A stretch of 63,995 nucleotides of DNA, counting the filler, from Lenisia limosa (lineage: Eukaryota; Protista; Breviatea): assembly GCA_001655205.1 (NCBI GenBank). It is 10 parts of 10 records of this genome, joined end to end, with 100 filler letters (N's around TTAATTAATTAA, not from the genome) between each part and the next. Parts side by side here need not be neighbours in the genome. Positions count along the whole stretch, not along the records: positions 19,629 to 38,153 come from LPNZ01008487.1; positions 38,254 to 46,642 come from LPNZ01010634.1; 8 more parts are not named here. One strand, 5' to 3'. Positions within the stretch are counted from its first letter, which is position 1. Each line of letters begins with the position of its first letter. Of this stretch, positions 24,627 through 38,297 are shown one piece after another. Below the pieces are notes generated by a model. It was not told the origin of the DNA, ran no database searches, and saw nothing but the letters and a program-made list of their open reading frames with translations. A program made the position numbers and the translations under genes.

Positions 24627-27600
24627 CTACTTGACCCATACCCTGTGATGCATGTCTCTGCTTTCTCCACTTCCTGTGTTACAGTAAACGTTATTATCCG
24701 CAATATGCCAAAGGTTCAAATTGCTGTTCTGGCGGAAGGGACTGTAGAGCAAGGCTCGGTTTCCTGGTAGATGTGAGGAATAAGGGTGTCAAGACAAAGT
24801 CTCCTACCAATATCCCAGTTCTCAGCCCCCTTTGGCTAACCATGGTTGGGGCTGAAGTCGAGAGCAACGGCAGGGAGCTTGGCGGAATAGTGGCCGGTTA
24901 GTTCGGTGTAGCTACTTGCAAGCTGAAAGTAAGAAGAGTGAAAGTAAGGTGAATAAGAAAAGCAGGGGGAAAATACCCCCTTCCCACTCCACTGAAGCTT
25001 CCAGTGCCCGTTTTGATGTAAGAGACACCGATGGGAGTCTTGAAATGTATGTGTTGGTCGGCGTCATGCCCCTGGAATATGACGGTCTTGGACAGGAGTC
25101 ATACCTCGCAGAAGAAACGGATTTCCGTGAAAGGGATTTTGCTGAGTAGCTCGGATCTTGCAACACCCCTGTTAGCAGAGTCTCCTGGTAAGGTGACAAG
25201 GAGACAATAAATACCACAAAACACAATTCATGCCCCGAGTACACGGGCAAGACATCCCAACTCACCAAGAGTGCCTTCGTGCAAATTTGGAAACGTGTAA
25301 AGTTGCTGAAAAAAAAATGAACAATCGCCAAATGAAAGATGCATGTTGTATAATCATGGAATTTGCTTTATACTGATACTGAGCATGGGGGAGTAGATAA
25401 TTAGGAGTTAATGTTTTTGAAAAAAAAAAGGACTCGCTTACATTGACACTGATATCGTTGCCACCCTTGTGCCAACTCTCCAAAATGAGGGTCCACCCAC
25501 CCCCCTCATCAACGCTGCAATAGGCCTGTTGTGTCCCCTGGTCTCATCAGAATTATCAACGTTAAAAGCAATTTCAAGATTCAATGTGGGACAGAAGTCA
25601 CAAGTAGCCTACTCCTCCAGAGGGAGCAATCCAATAGAGTCCCGCGGACATAGAGGGGCCTGAATCGTGAACTTTCAGTAGCCAGATGGGTTTTGTCTTA
25701 TTATATCACAAATCCAATAAGGAATAAGGAAGGTAGTAGAAGCCAACCAATACACTGCCGAACGGCGTTGCATGACGTCGCTGCTTTGTCCGAAGTCAGG
25801 CCATTATTGCACTGCATCATTAAAAGGTGGCATATTGTGCCTAATACAAAAAATAATATGTATATCTTCACAATCCTCAAAGGCTTAAACCAAGATTGAA
25901 ATGGTCAGGGGAGGTAGCGATATAGCATGTTCCTTTAGCAGAATACAATTGCCCTCAGTGAAATACAGTCAGTAGACGTGGGAAGAAGAAAGAGAGGGAC
26001 TTCAAAAGAAGGCAAGGGGAGGCATAGTAACTCTTTGCTATACTGACATTTAAACTAGTTTAATCATTTAGTATTGAAGTAAATTGGATTAAGTTAAGGG
26101 ACATCGCACTAAAAGAGAACTCAATCCTCCAGAATCCAAACTATTCAAAGCAAGTTCTGCTACTCTGATCTTGGCAAGTTCTTGGCGTTTCAAAGCTTTG
26201 AACTCGCTTTGAACTTCATATTTATACGCAAACGATACTCAGACAGGCAGCTAATCTCCTTTTAATCTCCAAAAGCTAAACTAGAAGTGTTTTGCGGAGA
26301 AGAAAAAGCCTTTTAAGGGCCGACTCTAGTCTAACTGCCCTAAAATTTTATTCTAACTGCTCTTTTAATCTAATATAGCAAACCATAAGCAAAGCGAAAG
26401 GTGGTCAGATCAGGAACTGGGACACGTCATAATTTACCATTCCAATTTCGGTTTAATAGTATTGAAGCCTACAACATAACGGAAAACCTCCCCTGCTTAC
26501 AATTTTCCCGCAGTTGGGGTCCGCGAAATTGCCATCAGCCTGACACACTGACGGCATGTCCGGACCAGCCTCACAGTTGAACATGCAAGCGGTGTGTACG
26601 TTGACTGATTCGCCTAACGTACAGTTGGCAAGAGATGGCGCATAGGGGAATGACGCTGGAACCGTGCATTGCACTGGGGTGTCAAGGGAACGTCGAATAC
26701 TATAATGCAACGCTATTATATTCTGCTATTGATCTTAATATTACACTATGATATGATTTATAATAAAACATAATAAACACAAGTACATAAATCATATCTA
26801 GGATACTTGACAAATCCATGTTGCCAACCAGGGTCACACCGAGGCGCTACAGACCACCCTGTTTCGAGAGAACATGATGCTGCCGTGGGGGATGAAAGGC
26901 TTGCAGTGTAACCCGGGGCACAGGTCTAGAATAGAGTAAATTTGACCATTTAACAAAAGACCAATTGAACAATAATATCTCTTAATATTTGGTAACTAGC
27001 CTCAACATGATCTCACAATACCCATACAGAACCTCACTAAAACCTGCAATAAAACCCGTTGTAAAACCCGCATAATCTGACCCCCCACCAGTGTGAGAGT
27101 ACCCTCCAGGCCCAATGTTGTGAGTTGAATGGCCGAAACAGTGACGTCACCGCCATTGGTCGCCGAAGGGGCTCGGAGACAGTCAAAGCCTAGGGACATG
27201 GGTGATATGATATTTATATACTTCCTAAGGGTTTTATTCAGTCTGTAAATGTGTGTGTCTGTGGGGGNNNNNNNNNNNNNNNNNNNNNNNNNNNNNNNNN
27301 NNNNNNNNNNNNNNNNNNNNNNNNNNNNNNNNNNNNNNNNNNNNNNNNNNNNNNNNNNNNNNNNNNNNNNNNNNTCATGGATAACCATGTTATTATTATG
27401 AATAATTTCTTATCTTATGGTTACATCCCATTTCACAGAATACCAAAGCATTATTCGCCCCACCTTTCATCACAGGGTCGAAGACTGCCTATAAGGGTGA
27501 GGGGAGTAGACGTGAATAGGATTGTCAAGAGACAAGACTACCTTTGTAACAGGGTCAGAAGGCAGGACTGCAGGCTTGAAGGATCCGGTAAGCTGCTGGT

Positions 27601-27778
27601 CAGGGCCCATCCTGTGATGGGGAGGAAGTGAAGTGTTGAGTGGTGAGTGGTGATAATCTCCTTCAATTACGGAACAACGCTGAGAAAACACTCCTTACAG
27701 TAATTTGCCAATAGAATCTGGGATTTGCATCATGAGCAAATACAGTACGGCATACAGCGCCACGAGAGGTGACTTCAT
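24627..27778 (-). CDS. Secreted protein: signal peptide, sushi/CCP-like Cys repeats, C-terminal fibrinogen-related domain
   Basis: MKSPLVALYAVLYLLMM signal; TCAPGY..ASCSLETGWSVAPRC and CMFNCEAG..VCQADGNFADPNC; AATSCNAVRQ, AGLYWIAPSG, AYCSVDEGGGWTLILESWHKGG, FTEIRFFC, HIHFKT..YIKTGTGS, MHHRVWVK stop. Confidence 0.78.
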
Positions 27779-28181
27779 ACTTGGGTATTCGATAAAAAAG
27801 TTACTCTGTTTTGCACTGGCGTTGAATACTATCAAAAAATTCTGTTAAATACGACAAACAAATAATACTAAATCAACATAAACATGAACAGTGTCGAAAT
27901 ATGAAAAAACCAAAAATTGTTGGGGGTATAAATAGTGTATAGTTACTGGTACAACGCCTCTGTTGGATGTGAGGAGCAAGTGAGGAGAGCCCTTTCATAA
28001 CCACCCTTGTTGTCCTTTATGTGTAGCTCACTCTACTAATATAAAAAAACAGGAGAAGAGACAAAACCTGTTTACCTCTTCCACCTTCCACCCCCTTCGC
28101 CCTCGTCCTTTTCCACTCTTCATGCAATGCCAATGCTGACTCTCTGACAGCGATACAACACCAATCTACCCAGTTGCCATA

Positions 28182-31100
28182 ATGGCTTCTGGAGGGACAA
28201 CAGTTCCGCTATCTGAGGGTCAAGATCAATTGCCACAACAGTCTGAGACCAATGATGACCTTGGTTGGTGTTGGGGCATCTTTTAGGATTGTAGTCCTTT
28301 ATTCCTTTTTGATTTCTATTACCTTGATTTGTTCAAAACAGTTCTATGAAACATGCTGTTACTGATTGAGAAGATAGGTTGTTCTGTTTTCATCGTCTTG
28401 CTTGAGCTTTCACTTTGGTGAATGTTTCGTCATCCCCAATAAATGTTGATCAATTCTCTATACGTCCATTTCTTCAGCTACCTGCGCATACTGACGCAAC
28501 CAGGAAAAAGTCAGTCCATGCTCTCTGCAGGCTCCAGCGCCGGGCGGAGGTGCCAGCGTCAGTCCTCTAAGTCATCGTCCATATTCGACAGTGACCTCCC
28601 CATTGTGACGTCGGACGGCTCGGAGGCTCGCTATCTCCAGCCTGTACCGCCACGATGCCTTCTGGAGTCTTGCCGTAGCAGGATTCTTCGACCTGGTGGG
28701 GAGGGGTGAAAGTCAAGACAAATTTACGTTACTACTTTAGTGAACAGAATTTTTGGGCAGTTTGTTAAAAATAACTTTTCTTATTGAAGTATTTCCTTTT
28801 CAACACTAATATAACATATATACAGTGACCGGGATAAGTCTTAGCCGATTTGCTGTGTGATTTTCCAAGGAAAATCGGTCAAGACTTACCCCGGTCACTG
28901 TATATCATACTATTATATCGATGTCATATACTGTATCAGAAATTAGATATAATTCGATATGCATATGATATGTACATGAACTATTTTCTTCTAGGTTTTA
29001 TATTTCATAGTAATTACCATCATATGCAGCACTGACCCAAACAGTCGTATTGACCAGACCACCCTCTCTTTATGTCTACTACAAGGAAGCTGTTGTATGC
29101 TGGGATAGTCCATTACTGGTATATAGTATACTATGTAGCTATATGCAAATATAGATCATTTGATAAGTGATCAGGATAAGTCTTGACCGATTTTCCTTGT
29201 AAATTCAGACAGCAAGTCGGTCAAGACTTATCCCGGTAACTGAATATATGCATATGCATATATTATACTATACTATAATTATAATCCGTTTGGGCAAGAA
29301 AAGCTGGATATCCAATAAACAACATGATATAAATTTCGTTTTTTTCCTAACACACTCACAGAACGCGGGGTCCTCCGCTTTGAATCGAATTCGTGTGGAC
29401 CTTGCGGGTGCGCAAATCATGGCCCGAAGCCAACATGATCTTCGTGAAGCTCTGTCCTCTTTGCTGACGTGTAACATATCGCATTTCTCCGAGGGCCAAG
29501 ACAAACTGGCCTCTGTTCCCGTATTCTTCCTTGCATGCCGGCTGATGACAGCGTTGCGTGTGACACAGACGGCCCTCTCAGTGGTTGCGCTGACTGTGAC
29601 TGTGACCGCCGGCGTGAAGTCCAAGTCGGAGGACGCCATTGCTGCGTGTCAGACCCTGGTCAGCGCTGCCGAGCCGGACTTGTCTTCTCTTCACAGTGAT
29701 GTCATTGATTGCCTCGTCAATCTATCAATGATGACAGACATTTCCGAAAGTAGCCCGTTGGAACTGGCTGCAGTGAGCCGACGGTTAACGTCCGAGAACC
29801 AGGCTTCCGAGTTGGACTGTCTTCATGACTACGCTGATGATCTCCGAAACTCCCCAAATGATTTGGCCCTTCAGAACCTGCGTCACTTCTTCGCTGCTTG
29901 CACAGGGAAGTTGAAATGCAAAACACCAGTAGCTGTGGCTACGGAGTATGCCAATCTTGCATGCTCCGTTATGTTACGTGATGTTGTCGCGCAAATCCAT
30001 GACCTCGGCTTCTTCACAGACAATTTTGGTTGGTGAAAAGGGGAATGGCTCAGTATGCTTGATCATATCAGAAGTTTTGTTTTCACTATTTCGATGTTCT
30101 TCGGTTTCAATTGTTAGTATTGAATAATACGATGGAGTATTATTACTATAAATACAAGCATTTTCTTTTTGCTGATGTCATCACGACTCCCATATCCACT
30201 CACAAGACAGGTCTGCCCTATGATCCGAATGCGCTTGTGTCCTCCAAGCCTGCAGAAGCGGAACATAGTTTTACACAAATATTGATGTTGTGCGTTGTCA
30301 CGACTTACCTTCCTAATAAGGAAACCGAGGTTGCACACATGGCCCGCTCAACTGCCAAGGCTGCTTTAAAAGGAGTTCAAAAGTCACCCAAGCCTGTCAG
30401 CCAGACTGTTCTCTTAGAAGCGTTAGAACTGGCGGAAATAGCCATCTTCACTCCCGACCAATATGGAGACCCCCCAGAGTTAAGTACTATACACTCAGCT
30501 GCTCTGGAATCGGCAATCAATGGTAAGATGTCGGAAGCCATGTCGGAAGCAGCAGGTCACCCAGACACTTGCCTCCGAGCAATCTGCCAACTTGCCGCTT
30601 TCTCAATGACAACGTCCGACGGCTTTGAAGATGACCCTGTTTTCAAGGCGGCAGTTGTGATACTGAAACTCTCAAGAGACGCGTCAGCCTATCTCTTTTC
30701 GGTCTGCGGGAGGTTTACATTATTATCCCGGCCGTTTTCCCTTATGATTACCTTTCTTAAACATTTTGTTACCATTTCCTTTCATATTCTCTACCCTTGT
30801 GATCGTATAGAATGACATGCTACAAGCTGGCCAAGCCGTGCATGTGATGTGCCGACTGCTTCTAACGGTGTCTCCTATTGACCNNNNNNNNNNNNNNNNN
30901 NNNNNNNNNNNNNNNNNNNNNNNNNNNNNNNNNNNNNNNNNNNNNNNNNNNNNNNNNNNNNNNNNNNNNNNNNNNNNNNNNNNNNNNACTGCGCTGCACC
31001 CATTTGATTGATAGCGAGCCACAGGGAATCAGTATTCTGCACAGTCTCATTGACGCCCTTTTCGATGCAATTCATGCGGTAGGCAAAGAGCCTTTTAGCA

Positions 31101-34100
31101 TTTGCCTTCTTTACCAGAGACCTTCAATGGTTTCGTTTTGGTGATTAATTCTTCTTTAGGTTGTTCCAGCTCAAAGTGATCATATTTGTGGTGTCTTCAC
31201 CTCCATCACACCCCACATTGTGTCTGTTGATGGCCCGTCTCTTTTACCAGCTGAAATCTCCAGTTTATCGGAGGCGCTTCCAGGTGTGATGCTTGTACAT
31301 CTTATTATTTCTAAAAGTGTTTTTTGTTGTTACTTAGTGTTTTCCTCACTGAATTTTAAGGTTTGTTATCATGACCATGTTTAGGCCTAACAATGCCTTT
31401 TTTCGGTGAGAAGTCAGCAATTGAAATGACCATGTTTCTGGTTGCTGCTCTACTACCAGTACTTCCACAAGTAAAACGGTACGGAGTTCAGTTCAAAAAT
31501 TCATAGCGTAATATCCTGAGTTTTTATATCAATTGTATATATCATATATTATTTATAAAACTCATAATTGTTTAGCCTCGCGTTTCTCCAACTCTTCCAT
31601 CCCCTCCTCCGAGCCAAAGTCTCCATCAGCATTCTCCAAGCCAACCTTAGCCTCCCATCCTGCCCGCTCATTGCTGGCGGTGTCCGCCTCAACCGTGTCA
31701 TCGCAGCCCAAATCCTGAAAGCCTTGGCGAGTGAAGCCAATCTTCAGGCGGACTTTTCCGATATGGCAGTTCAATCCGAGGCCATATCCGCCGCCACTGA
31801 AGTTGCCGCGTTCAGTAACCTAACTGGCGTGGCGCCTCAGCGCAACTGTGTCGCCACCATGGCCCTCTCCATCCTTCTAGCCTCCCTCATCGACTGCACG
31901 ATTCTCTCAGAGCCAGCCGCCCTTAACCCTGCACCGCCTGCAGCCGACGTTGAAGCGTTCCAGAAGGCCATTGTCAACTGGGGGTGGGGCGCCATGCTTG
32001 CAGCTCGCTTCAGAGTCAATGACTCATCGGACTTACCGTCGTCAGAGGCACGACACTGGGCTACCATGTTTGCCGCAATGCACCATAGTTTCCTCGAAGC
32101 TGCTGAGAGGAACCAGCTTATTGATCCCAGTCCCTCCCCCGAACCAGATCTTCCCTCATCCGAAGAATCCGAAAAGTCTCCATCCACGCCTGGCATTTCT
32201 GTCACTCAGCCCTCCCCACCAATCCCCCGGCGACCGCCTTCGTTGGTCTCCAATCTCCGCACCGCCTCGTTCCACACCCTCCGAACCATCGGAATATCGG
32301 AAGCGCAAGTCACGCCCTCCACTCCAACGATTGAGAGCTCTCGCGAGCAGTTTGAGGAGAAGTCCGAGTTAGCCCCAGCACAGAGCAATACCTCAGATGA
32401 CGCGTCGTTCTGGGTGAGTCACGGCGCATGGCTTCCGCCATCGGAAGAGTCCTACACCTACGACCCCGAGGCCTGGCAGAAAGTCACCGAAAAGTCGCCG
32501 TTCCTCCGTGGCAGTGGTCCGCTCAAGTCCCGGGCCGCCCACTTGTGGTCGCTCATTACGGCCAAAAGACTGAAGACAGTGATGGCCGACTCTCTCCGTG
32601 CCGTCGATATTGTTTCTGCCTCGCTGGACCTGTCTAATAAGGACTGTCCGGGCTCCACCGCGGTGCTCCAGGCCCTTTTTGAACTTTCAATGCAAAACGC
32701 CTCTCGAGCAGTCCACGTGGCCGTCATGATTATTGAGGCCCTATCCGGAATGTCGGCCTATTTGTCGCTCACGGGACACTCCCGACCCACTTGCGACTCT
32801 GCTTCCGACACCTCTCATTGGGCCCTGACAGACATGGACCAGCTATACGCCACTCTCCCCGCCCCGTGCCAGCACCTGATGATAACGGCATTGGACGCCA
32901 CAACGCGCGCCCTCGCAAATGTATGAAACCTGTTTGACTCCAATTTGTCTATCCCTTCACCTTATATTTTATCTAATGATCATGGTTGTCTTGTGCTTGG
33001 ATTGTTATTACACTTAATCCATGATTTACCACACAAAGGAACTCTGAAATCTCACAATTCAGGCACGAGGATGGGCGCACGGGGTGTCCGCAGTTGCTGC
33101 CGGCCGCGGTGGCACTGCCGATAACGTTCTGAAGGATATTGCTGAGAGCAGCAGTCTGTGTATTACCCTTATCAACTGGCTGAAACCCAAGGTTGCTGGG
33201 TGAAATACATAGTATATATATCGAGATCAAAAGAGCATATTCCTAGAATTGTTGAGACACGTCTTTGATTATCTTTCGATGCAATTGAAGAATTTTATGA
33301 GTCACTCTACCATGATAAAACTATAATGCCTTTTATTTCTCGCCTCTACATATCAGATATAGTGCCAATCCTAACCCCACAGCCTTCGCACGCCTCTATC
33401 CATGCCATGGACATTCATTGGGCCCTCCGAGCCTTGACCTCTTGGACCGCTACGCCGCCAGACCAACTTCCACCCCTCCCCCCNNNNNNNNNNNNNNNNN
33501 NNNNNNNNNNNNNNNNNNNNNNNNNNNNNNNNNNNNNNNNNNNNNNNNNNNNNNNNNNACGCGCAAATCTGACACACAGCAATCAACGCCAGGCAGCACA
33601 CGCAAGGCTCGTGCGCGCAAGCCTTCTGCCACAGTTTCTGAAGCCGAAACGCCCAAGAAGCTGTCTCCTCTGGCACCATCTGGTGTGTTCGGATATTTTT
33701 GAATGGCTTGTATTACTTTGCTTGGTTTCNNNNNNNNNNNNNNNNNNNNNNNNNNNNNNNNNNNNNNNNNNNNNNNNNNNNNNNNNNNNNNNNNNNNNNN
33801 NNNNNNNNNNNNNNNNNNNNNNNNNNNNNNNCAAACGTTCTCTTATCACACTGTTTTCTTTGAGCAATACCCTCACGCGCTTTTCAAATTTGTTTCCCAC
33901 CCCCATCCCCTCGCTTCCAATAGGGACGTTTTTTGATGTGCATCGATATTAGTGGACTTTGTCTCACACCGGCAGCCACGCAGCTCTACGAGGCGCTGAC
34001 CACGGCCGCAGCCGCACGACGTCTCATGGGCCTCACCATCCGCAAATCCAAGAGGATGCCTTCAGGGCCGCTTGTCATTGGGACTTCCTCTGTAATGCTG

Positions 34101-37100
34101 GCTACTACGGGCCTGTCACTAGCCTTACGAAAGAACCGCACTGCGCCGGTTGACTGTTCTACCCCATCGGAAGAAGCGCTGCTCATATCGGAGGCACTTC
34201 CGATTGTCGGGCCCGTTCTGGCTACTTCCGCTGCTGTCGCCGCCGTGGCCCTTATTTCTGCTATGTCAACCTCAGGTAGTTATTGGGATTTAAATGTAAA
34301 ATTAACAAATATAAGTTTGTTGGCTACAATCGTCTCCTTCCCTATTATCATCAAATCACCCCCCCTCCAGGCCCCCCTGTGAACGCAATGTCTACTGTTA
34401 CGATTGCGTCGACGTCTTCATCTTCCGTTGCGCCAACAAGACCGTCCATGGCCGCTCTCCTCACAATGCGGCTGCGCCACTGCGTTGCTGGCATCATCAT
34501 GCAATGGAACATTCTCGAAGCTGGAGGGTCCACACCGGTGTCCTTCATGCCTGTCGCACCAGGACTTCTCCAGAGTCTCAACAGCGTGTTTTCACTCTTG
34601 ACGACAGCAACTGATATGATCGACGCCCGGGCTGCCAAGACTGGGTTCTGGTCCAAAGAGCTGACCCAGGCCAAATCCAGTCTGCTGAATGTGCACGCGG
34701 CCGCCTTATGCGCCGCCGACCTGCTACATGCCACCCAGGTGTCATGCTTCGGAGGCCTCCCAGTCAAGAAGCCAGTTCAACTCCAGATATCGTCGGCAGA
34801 GCTGGGTCTGTTGCAGAGAGTTATTGCTGGCGAATTGACCAGTCAGAATGGGAGTACGCCCGTCTTGAACCGGGGAACCTCCCAAATAAGGCAAGTCACT
34901 TCGCACAAACAGGCAATGGAGGCACTGGAAGCAGGTGCGGAGACCCTCCTCTCCATCCAAGCCATGTTGGCCCACCTTCCCACGCCGATTTGCGCGGCCA
35001 CAGATACCAGGCCGTTAGTTCGGTCATTAGGCCGGCTAGGGTCCACGATGGATGGTTGTGATGAGGCTGTCGCCGCTGTGGACGTTTTGAATGGTAGGAT
35101 TGGACTTATGAAATGACAACAGGCCGGGGGCAGAATCGAATAGACATTCTTGGCAAGACATTGACGCTTTAGATATGAGTGAAGCCGACCAAACTGCACT
35201 GAAGGTCGGCCTACCCCATGCACAAAACGCACTCAAAGAGGCAGGCCTTTCGGTGGTCACGTGAGATGGGGTCTGCACTTTGTGTCTTATTTTTTTTTTT
35301 TTTGATAAAAGCCTTGTTTTTACGATATTAGACTGACGGAGGCTGTGGCCAAATTAGCCGAGGCGAAGAAAAACGCGATTGCCCCTCTGCCGCAGCACAG
35401 CGGACTCACAGCCGGCGGCTCCTTCTTCATTCGGAAGGCTCCGGTTGCCAAGCCCTTCAAAGTGGGGTAAATATAGAGAATGCAGTAACAATCTTTACCA
35501 CATATTCATGAGTGAGGGACTCTGAAGATCCGGTGAATAGCTGTAACTATTCAGGTTGACAAGCTAACAGCCCGCGAGTTTGGACAGATCCAATCGTCAT
35601 TCCTCACCTCCTGTCGCCGCTTTAGCAAACACCTCGCTAACTGCTCTGTAAGCTGCGATCCGAGATACGTGTCAAAAACATCTTCCTTTTTGGTCTATTT
35701 TCCGTCCAATAATTATTACCACTGACAATTTAGTTTTTGGAGGGAGCTGGACGGGTGTATCCCGCGGACTTGTCGACAATGTTGAAATGGGCCGAAGCCG
35801 CCGCCTCCCTGGGCAAGGACCTTGCCACCGCCTGCCAATCTATGGCAGAGGTGAGGGGGGTAGGAAGGCACATATTAAGAAGAACCGTGCTTTTGAAGAA
35901 ACGGTCCATCGGTCGATTGGCCCCAGGTTGGGCCGCTGTGTCGTTTGTGTGATATGATATGTTGAAAAAGTGGAGTATTTTGGTATTTTTCGCGACCATT
36001 TGACGTTGTAGAGCATTCCATGGAGGGAGCCACGAGAGAATCTCCAAAGCCTCACGGGCCGAGTTGTGTCGGCCGCAGCACATCTTCTTCCTGTTGTCAG
36101 AGTTGCTGGCCCGTTGCTTACTAACCCCTCGATAATGGACAAAGTATGGGACGGCTTTTGTTATGACGGATTTATCAAGATTATCAGTGAGTATATAATA
36201 TTAGGTCAGAGAAGCTGTTATGGATGGGAACTGGTAGCTCGTACTATTAATACAATTTATTGTTTTCTTCCATGCTCAAAATATAGGCTGATACCGCTAT
36301 TTCGTATTTGATTGACCTCAGTAATAAGGCCGAAAACGCAGTTCCAGGTAAACACTCATGGAACTATTTTGGGTTTCTCCCAAGATTTTTTTTGTTCTGA
36401 TTTCATTCATACAAGTTGTACCATTTATATGAAGGAAATGTAGTAATATCATCTTAATTTAAATCACTTTTTGAGGCGTTTTTTCTAATTTTCTAATTTG
36501 TATGAAATGTCTCATTAACCGCACAGGGAGTCTGAAACAAGGAGGAAGTAGCAGCATCACCCCCGCCGCCGAGGCCTGTCGCAAGGCTTGTCATGACCTC
36601 AAGTCCTTCCTCGACCACATGGCTTCTGCAAAGTCTCCGAATGTGTGTTGACTTCTCACAGCCGCGGATGTTTCATATATGATATTTTATACCGTTACTT
36701 CACAGAAAATTGACTTCGTAGCTTTGATTTCTTACACCTTCAGAGCCCTCTGTCGCCACCCCAGGCAGGGTTCATGGCTCCTCCACCGCAACGGCACCAT
36801 ACCACAAGTTCTATCGCTATTCATGCGGTAAGCTAACAATTGGTCTCAAATAGCGCATAGTTTTATTTTTCCATCAGGTTCTTCCGCACTACACCCCCAT
36901 GACCCATCCCACTCACGGTCCAGGCCGAGGCCTTCATGTCTCCTGAGAAACAGCCGCCACCGGTCTCGGAAGCTGGTCGCGCTCTTCTTTCGTCCCTGCC
37001 TGACTTGGACCGTCCTGGCATGCAGTCCCCCGTACAGCCCTCGCGACGTGCTCGCTCCACGGCCTTCTCGCCGACGCTGCGCAGTCCGCCGCCGCAACGC

Positions 37101-38023
37101 CCGGGCTCACCAATGTTCTTCCAAAGCCCAGCCCGGCTCTCACGGAAGCCGTCGGAACCGGTACCAAGGTGGGATGTAGCTGATGTAACTGGTTTAATTG
37201 GTGTAACTCAATAGAAAGGAGAGGATGTTCTATTATCCCATTCTATTAGTTGATTCATCTAATTATAATTATCACCTCCACTTTTTCATACTAAGTTCAG
37301 AGGAGAAAATAACATAAGCGAGGACAGTTCCAACTGACACTCGAAATACTATTTATCATACTCATCACCCAGACCTGCCTCAATCCGAGACCCGTCGCTC
37401 CCATCAGAAGTGCCCGATTTCCCATCAAAACAACACCAAAGATCGAAGCCCTCCCTGAGAGCAGCACCCCTACCTTCCCTCGGCCCTCGCGGCCATCTTC
37501 CTCCCAACCCGCCGAGCCGCAGAAAACTGGCGCCACGTCATCGCAAGAAGGTTCTTACGTCCCCCCAAAGGACACCCCGCGAAAGAAAGCCCGAACCCCC
37601 AACTCAGGATTCTGAGGCTCCTGAGGTTTCAGATGACAAACCTGGCGCGGATCAGGATACCACAAGGCCTTCTGATGCGGAAACAGCCCAAGATATTGAG
37701 TCACTTCCTCAGAGCTCTCCAAACATCCATGAACAGCAGGAGGAAGTGCTTCAAACTGACTTGTCGGAACTCCCACACAGGAGCCCCACTCCACCCCCTT
37801 GTCCGGCGCCCCTGGTTGAAGAACCCAAATCTCCCGATTCAGAAACCACTGCTGTTCCCGAATGTTTGTTGGGGGAACAATTCGTTTTCGAGACACCTGT
37901 AATAACGATGATGTTATTGTTTTTATGATCGTTGAAATCTCTTTTCTCATATCGCCAGACCCCACAAAGACTGCAGAAGACCCACCTTCTCCAGTCACTC
38001 TATCACGTCATCCACCATCTTAG
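28182..38023 (+). CDS. Very large Ala/Leu-rich helical-bundle protein with Pro-rich linkers and tail (may be more than one gene; crosses three gaps)
   Basis: Long open exons 29248-30036, 30111-30815, 31568-32926, 34283-35116, 37410-37928, all on +, joined by GT-AG introns; ATG 28182; probable stop 38023. Confidence 0.6.
28823..28900. mobile_element. MITE family A (78 bp, Tc1/mariner-like ends)
   Basis: About 28-bp TIR CAGTGACCGGGATAAGTCTTAGCCGATT / AATCGGTCAAGACTTACCCCGGTCACTG with TA on both sides. Confidence 0.88.
29165..29242. mobile_element. MITE family A, diverged 78-bp copy
   Basis: AAGTGATCAGGATAAGTCTTGACCGATT ... GTCGGTCAAGACTTATCCCGGTAACTG. Confidence 0.8.
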
Positions 38024-38297
38024 TTGTATTGTAGTTTCTTTTAGTGGTGTAGTAGTTTTTTGTCATTTTGCTTGCAGTTTTATGTGTATATTTTTGATGG
38101 TTTACTTTCCCTTGGCCATGAATGTTGAAGAACCGTGTTAGTATTCGGGTATANNNNNNNNNNNNNNNNNNNNNNNNNNNNNNNNNNNNNNNNNNNNTTA
38201 ATTAATTAANNNNNNNNNNNNNNNNNNNNNNNNNNNNNNNNNNNNNNNNNNNNTATACATATCAAATAATATGCTCGTGCGCCAAAAACCCGTTGTT

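Noticed and set aside
26050-26450. Short open stretch (YKYEVQSEFKALKRQELAKIRVAEL) inside an intron of the secreted protein, as a retroelement remnant
   Set aside because: No reverse transcriptase, endonuclease or terminal features; too short to support a call.
31837-35278. Many antisense ORFs in the supplied track over the giant gene
   Set aside because: Shadow frames of GC-richer plus-strand exons; no independent motifs or splice structure.
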